From Halobacteria archaeon (GTDB taxonomy: Archaea > Halobacteriota > Syntropharchaeia > JACQPP01), in contig JAWCQZ010000003.1 in the NCBI GenBank assembly GCA_038869515.1, forward strand, positions 193,652 to 257,651: a stretch of DNA of 64,000 nucleotides, read 5' to 3'. Below, piece by piece: positions 8,056-16,905 of this stretch (position 1 is the stretch's first letter; every line of letters starts with the position of its first letter). The position numbers and the translations under genes are program-made. The notes under the pieces are model-generated. The model made no database searches, was not told the origin of the DNA, and was given only the letters and a program-made list of their open reading frames with translations.

Positions 8056-10571
8056 GGCCTCAACTCCGCGCGGCTCTCGACCGCGGCCAACCCGCCGGGC
8101 TGCAACGCGAACTGGACGGGGTGGTGCTCCCCCCTGAGCCAGAGTTGCAGAAGGTCGTCGTAGTGCGGGCTGCTGAAGTCGCCCCGCTGTCCCCCGGGGA
8201 TGACCGCGAGGCTGCGCGACGGGTCGGCGATGTCCACCACCATCCGCCACGAGGCGCTCGCCACCGCGTCGCGGGAGAAGCCGCTCCCGGGGGGGAAGAA
8301 CTCGAAGTCCGGAACCGACGGGGGCAGTTCGGAGAGGATGGCGATGGGGACCGGCGTGAGGAACCAGCCGCCGATGGAGAAGGGCCCGCGGCCGAGCCCC
8401 TTGATTCCGGAGATGTGGGCCACCCGGAAGGACCAGGCGCGCTCCCAGGTCCACGCATCCATGTCGGGCCCGAACCTCTCCTCCAACCCCTCCACCGCCT
8501 CCGCGAGGGCCATCACGAGGAGGTCGTCCCGGGTCTCCCGCTGCGGGGTCCAGGCGAGGTCGAACCAGCGGGAATCGGGCTCGGTCTTCGCGAGCTCCTC
8601 GGTCCGGTCGATGGCGGGCTTCTTGAACGCTGCGGTGAGGCCCGCCGCGACGTAGTCGTCGGCCCAGGTGAGGTTCCAGAGGGCCTTCATCGTGTAGCCG
8701 TAGAGGGTGGGGGCGACCAGGGGGGGGAGCATCTCCCCGCCCCAGTTCCGCAGGTGGACCACCGCCCGGTCGAGGGGCGGGGTGCGCAGGGCGGGGCGGG
8801 AGTCGTAGGCCGCGACGATCAGGCGGCCGAACTCGCGGCCGTCCACCGCGGTCCGGTCGAACTGGGCTTGCGCCAGGGTCTGGAGGGTGTGGGTCCGGTT
8901 CGCCAGCAGTTCGTGGATGCGCCGGGCCCGGTAGTTGTCGGCGAACTCCCGGCCCAAGTCGGCGCAAGGCCCCGAACCCGACAGCTCGGAAGTCCCCGGA
9001 TTCGAGGGTTTGGGGCCTTGTGAGGTCCCGTTCGGGAGGCAGTATTCGTAGCCCCGGGCGGGCATCTGGTTCGCGCTGACCAGATAGCCCTGGCGCGGGT
9101 TGACGGCGTGGGGGTAGGCCTCAAGGGGGACGTAGCCGACCCAGTCCTCCTCGGTCAGGGCTGAGCCGTTCACGGGCAGGCTCCCGTCGTGGCCCTTGCG
9201 GATGGGGTAGGCCCCGGTGACCCAGAGGGCGATGGTCCCGTCCCGGTCGCCGTAGACGATGTTCTGGGCGGGACACTTCCAGTGGCGCAGCCCCTCCTGG
9301 AAGTCGGTGTGGTTCCGGGCGCGGGCGAAGAGGAGGAGGGCAAGGCCCTCGTGGGTGGGCTGGTAGCAGGTGGCCCGGACCGCGAAGGTCTGGTTGTAGC
9401 GGGTGAGGAGCGGCCCGTGGACCGTCTCGCGGATGGTGAGCGGCACGTCGGGCTTTCCGCGGACCTTCACGGTCTCGGCCCAGGTCTTGGGCTCCAGCCA
9501 TTCGCCCCGGTGGAGGTAGCGCCCCCCGCCGTCCCAGGAGTAGCGGTAGAGGTCGGTGACGTCCGCGCCCGTGGTGGTCATGGACCAGGCGACGCGGTCG
9601 TTGAACCCGATGATGGGCACGGGGAGGCCGGGGCCGGTGATGCCGTAGACGTTGACGCCCGGGTAGACGATGTGGGCCTCGTACCAGAGGGGGGGCAGCT
9701 GGATGGGGAGGTGGGGGTCGCCCGAGAGGAGGGGCGCCCCCGTATTGGTCATGCCGGGCCCCACGACCCAGTTGTTGGAGCCGACGAAACGGACGGCCCC
9801 GGTGGAGGGGCTGGCGTTCTTCCGGCCCGCTCCTGGAACCCCGGGCGGCGGCCACTCCTCGTCCGGGATGATGGGGATGGTGATGCGGTTGTCGGCGGGG
9901 AAGAGTTCGCCCCAGACCGTCTCGGCCCCGAAGGCCTGGACGATGGCCTCGTTCTCCAGGTCGTTGAGGCCCGCGGAGAGAAGGTAACCCACAATCTTCC
10001 CCATGCCGAGGGAGTCGACAGGGGTCCAGGGCTCGGGACGGAGGCCGAGGAGCTTGAGTTCGGTGGGGAGGCGGCTGTCGGGGAGGCGCTCGAGGTAGCC
10101 GTTGACGCCCCGCACGTAGGCCTCCAGCAGGCGGCGCTCCTCGGCGGAGGCGTCGGCCCATGAGGCCTCGGCGGCGCGGCGGACCCCGATGGTGCGCATG
10201 AACTTGTCCAGTTCCACGGTGGCGTTGCCTGCGACCTCAGAGAGCCGGCCCGAGGCGGCCCGCCGCTGCATCTCCATCTGGAAGAGGCGGTCCTGGGCGT
10301 GGACGTAGCCGAGGGCTGAGATGGCGTCCTCGTCCTTCGAGGCGAAGATGTGCGGGATGCCGTAGGCGTCGCGGGCGACGGTGACCGGGGCGGAGAGGCC
10401 GGGCAGCGTGAACGTCCCGCTCGCGGGCTCGTCGGGGGCGGCGAAGATGCCGGTGGCGGGGCTGAGGAGGGGGCCGAGGGCGGAGGGGAGGGGCCCGAGG
10501 GGAATCGAGAGGGCCGCGAGCAGGAGCAGGAGTCCTCCGGCGGCGGCCAATGTCCGGGCCCGCGGGTCCAT
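8052..10571 (-). CDS. Penicillin/cephalosporin (or acyl-homoserine lactone) acylase family Ntn-hydrolase with an N-terminal signal/anchor
   Basis: 839 aa. VARDAYGIPHIFA..D...ALGYVHAQDRLFQME and the nucleophile context GSNNWVV are typical of peptidase family S45. Confidence 0.9.
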   Translation of the reverse strand: MDPRARTLAAAGGLLLLLAALSIPLGPLPSALGPLLSPATGIFAAPDEPASGTFTLPGLSAPVTVARDAYGIPHIFASKDEDAISALGYVHAQDRLFQMEMQRRAASGRLSEVAGNATVELDKFMRTIGVRRAAEASWADASAEERRLLEAYVRGVNGYLERLPDSRLPTELKLLGLRPEPWTPVDSLGMGKIVGYLLSAGLNDLENEAIVQAFGAETVWGELFPADNRITIPIIPDEEWPPPGVPGAGRKNASPSTGAVRFVGSNNWVVGPGMTNTGAPLLSGDPHLPIQLPPLWYEAHIVYPGVNVYGITGPGLPVPIIGFNDRVAWSMTTTGADVTDLYRYSWDGGGRYLHRGEWLEPKTWAETVKVRGKPDVPLTIRETVHGPLLTRYNQTFAVRATCYQPTHEGLALLLFARARNHTDFQEGLRHWKCPAQNIVYGDRDGTIALWVTGAYPIRKGHDGSLPVNGSALTEEDWVGYVPLEAYPHAVNPRQGYLVSANQMPARGYEYCLPNGTSQGPKPSNPGTSELSGSGPCADLGREFADNYRARRIHELLANRTHTLQTLAQAQFDRTAVDGREFGRLIVAAYDSRPALRTPPLDRAVVHLRNWGGEMLPPLVAPTLYGYTMKALWNLTWADDYVAAGLTAAFKKPAIDRTEELAKTEPDSRWFDLAWTPQRETRDDLLVMALAEAVEGLEERFGPDMDAWTWERAWSFRVAHISGIKGLGRGPFSIGGWFLTPVPIAILSELPPSVPDFEFFPPGSGFSRDAVASASWRMVVDIADPSRSLAVIPGGQRGDFSSPHYDDLLQLWLRGEHHPVQFALQPGGLAAVESRAELRP

Positions 10572-10610
10572 CCCGAGGAGAGCCGGGGGGGATAATAAAT
10601 TGACCCGGTT

Positions 10611-11744
10611 TCACGCGGGCGACAGAACTCTGAGAACTTCGTCCTTGCTCAGCTTCGAGCTCAGGCGGGGCAGCCGGCTGCGCCCCTTGGTCCCCTTGCC
10701 GGTGAAGCCGACCTGGACGAGGTCGAGGCTCTCGAGGCGCTTCAGGGTGTCGTGGAACGAGGTGTATCCGAGGCCGGTCTCCGCCTGGAACCTCTTCTGG
10801 AGGTCCCCCGCCCGCGCCTCGTTCTCGGCGATGAGGCGGAGGAGCACCTTCTCCTCCTTCCGGAGCCCCTGGAGGAGGGAGGAGGTCCGCAGGGCCCGGC
10901 TCTTGGTGAAGGCGTCCTCCACGTCGGCGACCTCGACCTTGCGGCGGGCCTGCGACTCGGCCCGGAGGGCGGAACGGCGGAGGAGGTCGATGCCGACCCG
11001 GAGGTCGCCGGCGTCTGTGGTGACGTCGACGACCCGCTCCAGGACCCCGTCGGGGAGGGCGCCGGGGAAAAAGCCCTCCTTCACCCGCATCCCGAGGATG
11101 TCGCGGACCTGGTCGCGGGTGTAGCGGGGGAAGAGAATCTCCTCCGGGACGAAGACCGAGGCCACGGGAGCGTCGAAGGGGTAGTCGAGCCGCTCGCCGG
11201 AGTAGATGGCGACGACCCCGACCACGGCGCCCTCCTGGACCTCGTGGGCCCGCAGGAGGGCGTTCAGGACGGCGTCCACCTCTTTCTCCCGGAAGAGGTA
11301 CTGGATGTCGTCGAGGGCGACCACCATCGATTTCTTCTCCTCGGCGAGGCGGCGGGCCACCCGCTCGAACAGTTTCTGGAACGAGTAGCCGCTGTGGGGC
11401 GGCATGTGGCCGAAGAGCGCCTTGAACATGTGGGAGGCGACGAGGTAGCGGGTCGCATTCACCTGGCAGTTCACGTAGACCGGGACCAGCCGCGTGCTCT
11501 CCTCCTCCAGCTCCTTGAACAGGGTCCGCACCACCGTGGTCTTTCCGGTGGCCACGGACCCGACGAGGAGGGAGTTCACGGGCCGCCCCTGGCCGAGGGC
11601 CGCGGGGCGCAGGGCGAATGCGAGGCCGTCAATCTGGGAGCCCCGGTGGAGGATTTCGCTCCGGTCATCGGGGAGGAAAGTGGGGTCGAAGAGCTCCGGC
11701 CGCCGGAACAGGGTCTCGTCCCGCATCAAAAGAGACTCGGTCAT
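10611..11744 (-). CDS. cdc6: Orc1/Cdc6 replication initiator
   Basis: Last 377 aa of track ORF 10611..12524 (start MTESLLMRDE). Walker A GSVATGKTT, Walker B VVALDDIQ, C-terminal winged helix. Confidence 0.9.
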   Translation of the reverse strand: MTESLLMRDETLFRRPELFDPTFLPDDRSEILHRGSQIDGLAFALRPAALGQGRPVNSLLVGSVATGKTTVVRTLFKELEEESTRLVPVYVNCQVNATRYLVASHMFKALFGHMPPHSGYSFQKLFERVARRLAEEKKSMVVALDDIQYLFREKEVDAVLNALLRAHEVQEGAVVGVVAIYSGERLDYPFDAPVASVFVPEEILFPRYTRDQVRDILGMRVKEGFFPGALPDGVLERVVDVTTDAGDLRVGIDLLRRSALRAESQARRKVEVADVEDAFTKSRALRTSSLLQGLRKEEKVLLRLIAENEARAGDLQKRFQAETGLGYTSFHDTLKRLESLDLVQVGFTGKGTKGRSRLPRLSSKLSKDEVLRVLSPA

Positions 11745-11892
11745 CGGTGAGAGAGGCGGCGGATGGGGTCTTAAAGGAATATTGTCAGAGAGTGCGAAGG
11801 TTCCCGATGCGAATTTCTCCGTGACAGGCTTTCGCCGGTTCGGATTTTTTCCGCCGGACGAGGGGCTTTTTCCATGGCGGGAAGTCTCACGG

Positions 11893-12747
11893 ATGGAGAT
11901 TCCCCTTCCCGGGCCGCTCGACCTGGATGGGACGCTGACGTCGGGCCAGGCGTTCCGCTGGCGCAAGGAGGATGGATGGTGGCGGGGCGTCGTGGGCCCC
12001 CACCGGCTCGCCCTGCGGGCCGCGGGAGGCCGCCTGGAGGTCGAGAGTTCCGGGCCCCCGGACCTGGCGGCGCGATACCTCCGCCTCGACGACGACCTCG
12101 TCGCTGTCCACCGCACCCTGGAGGCCGACCCGAAGCTGCGGCCGCTCCTGCCGGCCCACCGGGGGCTCCGGCTCCTGCGCCAGGAGCCGTGGGAGTGCGC
12201 GGCCTCATTCATCTGTTCGGCCTGGAAATCCATCCCCGCCATCCAGAGGGCGGTGGAGGCGCTCTGCGAGCGGTTCGGGCAGGTTTCGGATGACCGAATC
12301 CGTGGCTTCCCGACGCCGGAATCCATCGCCCGCGCCTCCCCAGCCGCCCTCCGGGCGTGCGGCCTCGGATACCGGGCGCGGCTGCTCCGGGAGGCTGCGC
12401 GGCAGGTGGCCGAGGGGTTCTCGCTGGACCTCGCGCCCCTGCCAACCGAGGAGGGGCGGAAAAAAATCCAGGAACTCTGCGGTGTGGGGCGGAAGGTCGG
12501 CGACTGCATCCTGCTCTTCTCCATGGACCACCTCGAGGTCTTCCCGGTGGACGTCTGGGCCGCGCGGGCGCTGGCGGAGTTCTACGGCGACCTGCTGCCC
12601 CGGAAAGTGCGGCGGGCCGCGGCGGAGGGCGAAATCACCGGGCCGGTCTACCGGGCGCTGTCGGGGTTCGCCATGGAGAGGTTCGGGCCGAATGCGGGGT
12701 ATGCGCAGCAGGTGCTCTATGTGGAGGTCCGGAAGAGGAACCGATAA
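11893..12747 (+). CDS. ogg: 8-oxoguanine DNA glycosylase / N-glycosylase-DNA lyase (OGG, HhH-GPD superfamily)
   Basis: Track ORF 11494..12747 trimmed to ATG 11893 (MEIPLPGPLDLDGTLTSGQAFRW...). HhH-GPD element GVGRKVGDCILLF...FPVDVW. Confidence 0.85.
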   Translation: MEIPLPGPLDLDGTLTSGQAFRWRKEDGWWRGVVGPHRLALRAAGGRLEVESSGPPDLAARYLRLDDDLVAVHRTLEADPKLRPLLPAHRGLRLLRQEPWECAASFICSAWKSIPAIQRAVEALCERFGQVSDDRIRGFPTPESIARASPAALRACGLGYRARLLREAARQVAEGFSLDLAPLPTEEGRKKIQELCGVGRKVGDCILLFSMDHLEVFPVDVWAARALAEFYGDLLPRKVRRAAAEGEITGPVYRALSGFAMERFGPNAGYAQQVLYVEVRKRNR

Positions 12748-12787
12748 GCCCGGGGACGGGTCATCTTCAGGATGAGGAGGCGATTCC

Positions 12788-13145
12788 GTGGCCGCAGAGC
12801 GTGTCCTGCCACCTGACCAGCTGCGGGTCCCGGTGGCCGCGGTCGATGGTTTCTACGGGGCGGGCGCGTCTACGCCACCGTGGGCGCCTTCTCGCGAAAC
12901 CAGTATGCGGAGCCGCGGGCCACCCGGGACCTGGACTTCCTGGTGTCCTCCAGAGACCCGGCGAGGCTCCGCGCGGCTCTCCTGCAGGGGGATTCTACCG
13001 GGTGCTGCTGCCCCCCCTCGACCGGCGCGCGCCCAACACGCCGACCGTTTTCCGCGCGAGGAGAGGGTGGAACCTTCAAGAGACTGTGCAGGGATGCCTG
13101 GGCGGGAATGGAGTGGTCGGCCCCTGGAACCCGTCAAAACCGTGA
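12788..13145 (+). pseudogene. Possible decayed nucleotidyltransferase-like gene remnant (multiple frameshifts)
   Basis: Three frames must be stitched: VAAERVLPPDQLRVPVAAVDGF / GGRVYATVGAFSRNQYAEPRATRDLDFLVSSRDPARLRAALLQ / GGFYRVLLPPLDRR.... The middle piece resembles the G..A...yg.pR.T.DlD.lv core of minimal nucleotidyltransferases. No intact ORF exists. Confidence 0.3.
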
Positions 13146-13176
13146 GGTGCTACGCCGGAACTACCTTCCGCCGATC

Positions 13177-13213
13177 GCAGAACTCGCGCGAGCGCAGCGA
13201 GCGCGAGTTCTGT
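13177..13213. repeat. Hairpin of the CGCAGAACTC...GAGTTCTG family (copy 1)
   Basis: CAGAACTCGCGC (13178..13189) and GCGCGAGTTCTG (13201..13212) are perfect reverse complements with an 11-nt loop. It lies ~100 nt 3' of the GT2 gene. Confidence 0.75.
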
Positions 13214-13312
13214 CACGCTGGAGCCACGCCAGCCCCCGTTCTGGGCTCGGCCCTGGGGGCTCCTCCGTGGGTATCTCGGCGGCTCACGACAGCAGGAAGC
13301 CAAGGGCGGAGC

Positions 13313-14032
13313 CTATCGAATGGGCCTGTATCCCCCGAGGCTCCCGAACGCGCCGCCGAGGGTCAGGACCTTCATGTAGTTCGCGGCCCAGACGCTCGCC
13401 GTCCGCGCGATGCCCCACCCCTCGATGCGCCGGGGGCTCGTCATCACCAGGGTCGAGGACATGAACCGGAACCGGCCGAACCTGCGGAGCCTCCGGGCCA
13501 GCTCCACGTCCTCCGCGATGGTGAGCTTCTCGTCGAAGCCCCCGGCGGCCTCGAAGGCCTCCCGGCGAGCCGCGAAGCAGACCCCGGAGGAGTGGGGGGA
13601 GCCCGCCAGGATGGCGGTCCGGAAGTAGTTGTTGATGAACCAGAAGAGGAGGAAATCCTCCAGGTCGGCGCTCACGGGGAGGATGGGGCAGGTGGCCCCC
13701 GCGACCCGCGGGTTCGAGAAGGTCCGCTGGACGGTGGTCAGGAGGTTCTCTTTCGGCCAGGTGTCGGCGTCGAGGAAGAGGAAGACCCGGCCCGACGCTG
13801 CCGCGGCGCCCTCGTTGCGGCCCGCGGCGGGGCCCGGGCGCCGGACCCGAACCACCTTGTCGGCGTGCTTGCGGGCACGGGGAACAGTGTCGTCGGCGCT
13901 CCGGTAATCCGCGACGATGACCTCGTAGGGCTTCGGGAATGCCTGGACGCGGATGGCCTGGAGGGTGGGCTCGATGTATTTTCCCTCGTTGCGGGTGGGG
14001 ACGATGACCGAGACGGCGGGGCGGGATGGCAT
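13313..14032 (-). CDS. Family 2 glycosyltransferase (GT-A)
   Basis: 239 aa. VSVIVPTRNEG..I...L.....Q..., FLDADT (DxD) and GGFDE..TIAEDVEL are typical GT2 motifs. Confidence 0.85.
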   Translation of the reverse strand: MPSRPAVSVIVPTRNEGKYIEPTLQAIRVQAFPKPYEVIVADYRSADDTVPRARKHADKVVRVRRPGPAAGRNEGAAAASGRVFLFLDADTWPKENLLTTVQRTFSNPRVAGATCPILPVSADLEDFLLFWFINNYFRTAILAGSPHSSGVCFAARREAFEAAGGFDEKLTIAEDVELARRLRRFGRFRFMSSTLVMTSPRRIEGWGIARTASVWAANYMKVLTLGGAFGSLGGYRPIR

Positions 14033-14069
14033 CGAGAGAATAGCACAGCTCCTGCCATAAAGGGAACAC

Positions 14070-14113
14070 CGCAGAACTCGGCCCGAGCCGAAGGCGAGGG
14101 CTAGAGTTCTGCG
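14070..14113. repeat. Hairpin of the CGCAGAACTC...GAGTTCTGCG family (copy 2)
   Basis: CGCAGAACTC (14070..14079) pairs with GAGTTCTGCG (14104..14113). There is an inner GGCCC/GGGCT helix. It lies between the 3' end of the DRG-like gene and the GT2 promoter. Confidence 0.75.
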
Positions 14114-14115
14114 CC

Positions 14116-14148
14116 CCGCGCCCGCCGTCGCATCGCGAGCGGGCGCGG
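14116..14148 (-). terminator. GC-rich hairpin 2 nt after the stop of the DRG-like gene (possible 3'-end structure)
   Basis: CCGCGCCCGC (14116..14125) and GCGGGCGCGG (14139..14148) are reverse complements with a 13-nt loop. There is no oligo-T tract, so terminator function is uncertain. Confidence 0.35.
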
Positions 14149-14150
14149 AG

Positions 14151-14873
14151 TCATTTCGTCACCAGCGTCACCTGGTCCCCCTCCGCCAGCCGGTGGTCGA
14201 GCCCCACCCGCTGGTCGGGGTGGCGGGCCGACGGGCCCCGGAGGAGGGCGTAGCGGAACTCCTGCTCCATCGTGGTGTGGACGGCCCGGCAAAGGTGGCG
14301 CAACGTGGCTCCGGCCGGGAGGACCATGGGCCGCGGTGACACCTTGCCCCGCTGGGGGCGGAGGAAGACACGGATGAGGCCGAGGCGCTGCCACATCTCC
14401 CGGACGAGGGGCCCCCGGGCCCACGAGGAGGGGGTGACGGCCCTGTCCCGGAACGCCTCGGGGAGCCACTGCCGGGCGGCAGGCTCTTCCAGGAGGATGA
14501 GGCCTGCCCGCATGACCAGGTTCGCGATTTCGGTGTGGGGGTAGGGGAACCCGACCAGTTGGAGGGAGGCCCCTTCGAGGCTCATGGTCCCCACCGCCGC
14601 TCCCTGCTTCCGCCCCGCGTGGCTGCAGAGCGTCTCGACCCGCCGGTCGGCCCCCGCCCCGAGGACGAGGACCGTGGCGTCCCCCGACTTCTCCACCAGC
14701 GGCTTCCCCGCCCGAGCCTGCTTCGACTTCTTCCTCTCATGCTCCACTTGCCTCTTGAGTTCGGCCAGACGGCCCCGGAGGAGGAGGAAGTGGCCCTCCG
14801 TGGACTTGTTGTATTTCATGGTCCGGAGCTCCCGCTCGATTTCGGCGATTCGCTCCTGGATTTTGGAACCCAT
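14151..14873 (-). CDS. DRG-like TGS-domain protein with a degenerate/deleted GTPase core
   Basis: 240 aa. The N-terminal helix KIQERIAEIERELRTMKYNKSTEGHFLLLRGRLAELKRQ and the C-terminal TGS domain LIRVFLRPQRGKVSPRPMVL...HPDQRVGLDHRLAEGDQVTL match archaeal DRG. The P-loop position reads GAGADRRVE instead of G.PSVGKST, and the G4/G5 region is absent. Confidence 0.7.
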   Translation of the reverse strand: MGSKIQERIAEIERELRTMKYNKSTEGHFLLLRGRLAELKRQVEHERKKSKQARAGKPLVEKSGDATVLVLGAGADRRVETLCSHAGRKQGAAVGTMSLEGASLQLVGFPYPHTEIANLVMRAGLILLEEPAARQWLPEAFRDRAVTPSSWARGPLVREMWQRLGLIRVFLRPQRGKVSPRPMVLPAGATLRHLCRAVHTTMEQEFRYALLRGPSARHPDQRVGLDHRLAEGDQVTLVTK

Positions 14874-14919
14874 CAGAAGGCCGGTGCGACCGCTGTTTCA
14901 AACTTTCTGGGCGGGCTCC

Positions 14920-15150
14920 CTAAGTGCCGCCCTGCCGTCGCAGGGTCTCGGCCGCGAGGCGGATGTCCTCCGCCTTCACCGTCTTGCGCTTGGCGTGGAG
15001 GGTGAGTTTGGCGGCTTCCAGGGAGACCTTCTCGCCATGCTTCTCCAGCTCCTCCCGGAGCGCGGCGGTGGCGTCCTCCCCCACCCGGTCGGCCTTCCCC
15101 AGCTCCTTGATGATGCGGGCCACGGGGGCCAGAGGCAGAATCCCGCCCAT
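14920..15150 (-). CDS. Archaeal histone (HMf family histone fold)
   Basis: 76 aa. LPLAPVARIIKELGKADRVGEDATAALREELEKHGEKVSLEAAKLTLHAKRKTVKAEDIRLA is colinear with HMfA/B. Confidence 0.9.
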   Translation of the reverse strand: MGGILPLAPVARIIKELGKADRVGEDATAALREELEKHGEKVSLEAAKLTLHAKRKTVKAEDIRLAAETLRRQGGT

Positions 15151-15174
15151 GGCGCCCCTCTTTGTCCGCCCGCT

Positions 15175-15184
15175 CCTTATAAAG
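15175..15184 (-). promoter_or_regulatory. TATA box (CTTTATAAGG on the minus strand) about 30 nt upstream of the histone ATG
   Basis: Overlaps the pyrK stop codon. It is the only AT-rich element in the 26-nt spacer. Confidence 0.5.
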
Positions 15185-16013
15185 CCCCGTGTGGGAATCG
15201 GACCCGTCTCCCCGCCGCGTCCCGCCAGAAGACCCCGAATTCGGTCCTTTGGAGCTCAGTCCCCCGGAACACCGGCCCCTCGACGCAGACCCTCCTCCCC
15301 GCCAGGTCGCACGAGCCGCAGAGTCCGATGCCGCACTTCATGATTCGCTCCACCGACAACTGGAGGCGCCCCGCGTGGCGCGTCCCCGCCTTCCGCAGGA
15401 GGGCCCCGAGCATCGCCTCGGGGCCGCAGGCGTAGATCTGGTCGTAGGCGCCCGGGTCCACCAGGTCGGTGACGAGGCCCCGGCGGCCCGCGGAGCCGTC
15501 GTCGGTAGCGACCCGGACCGGCCCGGCGCGCCGGAAGAGCCGGAGGAGGGTGAGGGAGCCCCGGCTCCGGGCTCCGACGAAGGACTCGACGCGGAGCCCC
15601 CGGCGGCGCGCGCGGGCGGCGAGGAAGGCGAGCGGGGGGGTTCCGATGCCGCCGGCCACCAGCCCGATTTTCCGCCCCCGCAACTCGAAGGGGCGGCCGA
15701 GGGGCCCACGGATGCCGACTCTGTCTCCGGGCCGCAGGCTGCAGAGGGCCCGCGTCGCCTCCCCGACGGCCTTCACCGTCATCGAGCCCGGGTCGGTCAG
15801 GCTCATGGGGACGTCGTCCACGCCGGGAATCCAGGCCATGACGAAGTGGCCCGGGAGCGCCCCGGGGACCTCCGGGCGGAAGCGGAGGGTCGCGGCGTCG
15901 GACCCTTCGCGGAGAACGCGGGCGATGGTGGAGATGACCGGGCGGGTTAAAGGATGCTTTTCTCCAACGCCGTCCTCGGCCTCCGGCCTCCGGCCGGCGG
16001 ACGATTTACGCAC
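15177..16013 (-). CDS. pyrK: Dihydroorotate dehydrogenase electron-transfer subunit
   Basis: 278 aa with a GTG start. FAD/NAD-binding ferredoxin reductase-type fold and a C-terminal 2Fe-2S cluster motif CGIGLCGSC. Overlaps the pyrD stop. Confidence 0.85.
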   Translation of the reverse strand: MRKSSAGRRPEAEDGVGEKHPLTRPVISTIARVLREGSDAATLRFRPEVPGALPGHFVMAWIPGVDDVPMSLTDPGSMTVKAVGEATRALCSLRPGDRVGIRGPLGRPFELRGRKIGLVAGGIGTPPLAFLAARARRRGLRVESFVGARSRGSLTLLRLFRRAGPVRVATDDGSAGRRGLVTDLVDPGAYDQIYACGPEAMLGALLRKAGTRHAGRLQLSVERIMKCGIGLCGSCDLAGRRVCVEGPVFRGTELQRTEFGVFWRDAAGRRVRFPHGAL

Positions 16014-16905
16014 GGTGGGACCTCCCGACGAGCCCCCCCAGGTTCGTGCGGTTCCGGGCCAGGAACTTCCGCAGCCCCGCGGTCACGTCCCTGAAGACCC
16101 CCGTGCCGTCGAGGAGCGCGGTCCCGATTTCCACCGCCCGCGCTCCGGCCGAGAGGAACTCGACGGCGTCCCTCCAGTTTGACACGCCGCCGGAGCCTAC
16201 GATGGGGATGGAGACCTCTTCGTAGAGCTCGTAGACGCACCGGAGGGCCACCGGCTTCAGGGGCGGGCCCGAGAGGCCCCCGACCCGGTTCCCCAGCAGG
16301 GAACGCCCCGTCTCGACGTCGAACGCGGCCGCCCGGAGGGTGTTGACCGCGACCAGGGCGTCCGCGCCCGCGCGCTCCGCGGCCCGCCCCACCTCCGTGA
16401 CGTCGGCGTGGGGCGTCAGTTTCGCCCAGACCGGCTTCCGAGCCCCCTCCTTGGCGGCCCGGACGATGGCGCGGACCAGCCGCGGGTCGGAGCCGACCTC
16501 GCTCCCGACGTTCTTCACATGGGGGCAGGAGAGGTTGAGTTCGAACCCGTCGACGTGGCGCCGCAGGCCCCGGGCCATCGCCCCGAACTCCGCGGGGAAT
16601 GCGCCGAAGAGGCTCGCCATGACGGGGACTCCGCCTCTTCGGGCGTCGCTCAGTTCGGGCAGGAATCCGCGCCACCCGGGGTTGGAGAGCCCCACGGCGT
16701 TGATGGCTCCGGTCTCGAGGCGGACCACGGTGGGGCCCTTGTAGCCTGTCCGGGGCTCCACGCCGAGGGATTTGGTCACCACGCCCCCCGCGCCCCACTC
16801 CGCAGCCCGGGCGAGGGAGGCTCCGGTGGAGCCGAGAATCCCGGAGGCGAGGAGGGTGGGGTTCTTGAGCCGAATCCGGCCGACGGAGACCGGCAACCGG
16901 GTCAT
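16006..16905 (-). CDS. pyrD: Dihydroorotate dehydrogenase (class 1B catalytic subunit)
   Basis: 299 aa. NPTLLASGILG...GGVVTKS...NAVGLSNPG...ELNLSCPH...GGV. Confidence 0.9.
   Translation of the reverse strand: MTRLPVSVGRIRLKNPTLLASGILGSTGASLARAAEWGAGGVVTKSLGVEPRTGYKGPTVVRLETGAINAVGLSNPGWRGFLPELSDARRGGVPVMASLFGAFPAEFGAMARGLRRHVDGFELNLSCPHVKNVGSEVGSDPRLVRAIVRAAKEGARKPVWAKLTPHADVTEVGRAAERAGADALVAVNTLRAAAFDVETGRSLLGNRVGGLSGPPLKPVALRCVYELYEEVSIPIVGSGGVSNWRDAVEFLSAGARAVEIGTALLDGTGVFRDVTAGLRKFLARNRTNLGGLVGRSHRA

Noticed and set aside
10572-11892. Replication origin next to orc1/cdc6
   Set aside because: The flanks are only 39 nt and 148 nt long. I could find no repeated ORB or mini-ORB-like elements and no AT-rich unwinding region, so an origin here is not supported. 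A genome-wide GC-skew/ORB scan would be needed.
13270-13312. AGCAGGAAGCCAAGG resembling the SRP RNA helix 8 motif
   Set aside because: There is no GNAR tetraloop context, no complementary strand, and no 5'/3' pairing typical of archaeal 7S RNA.
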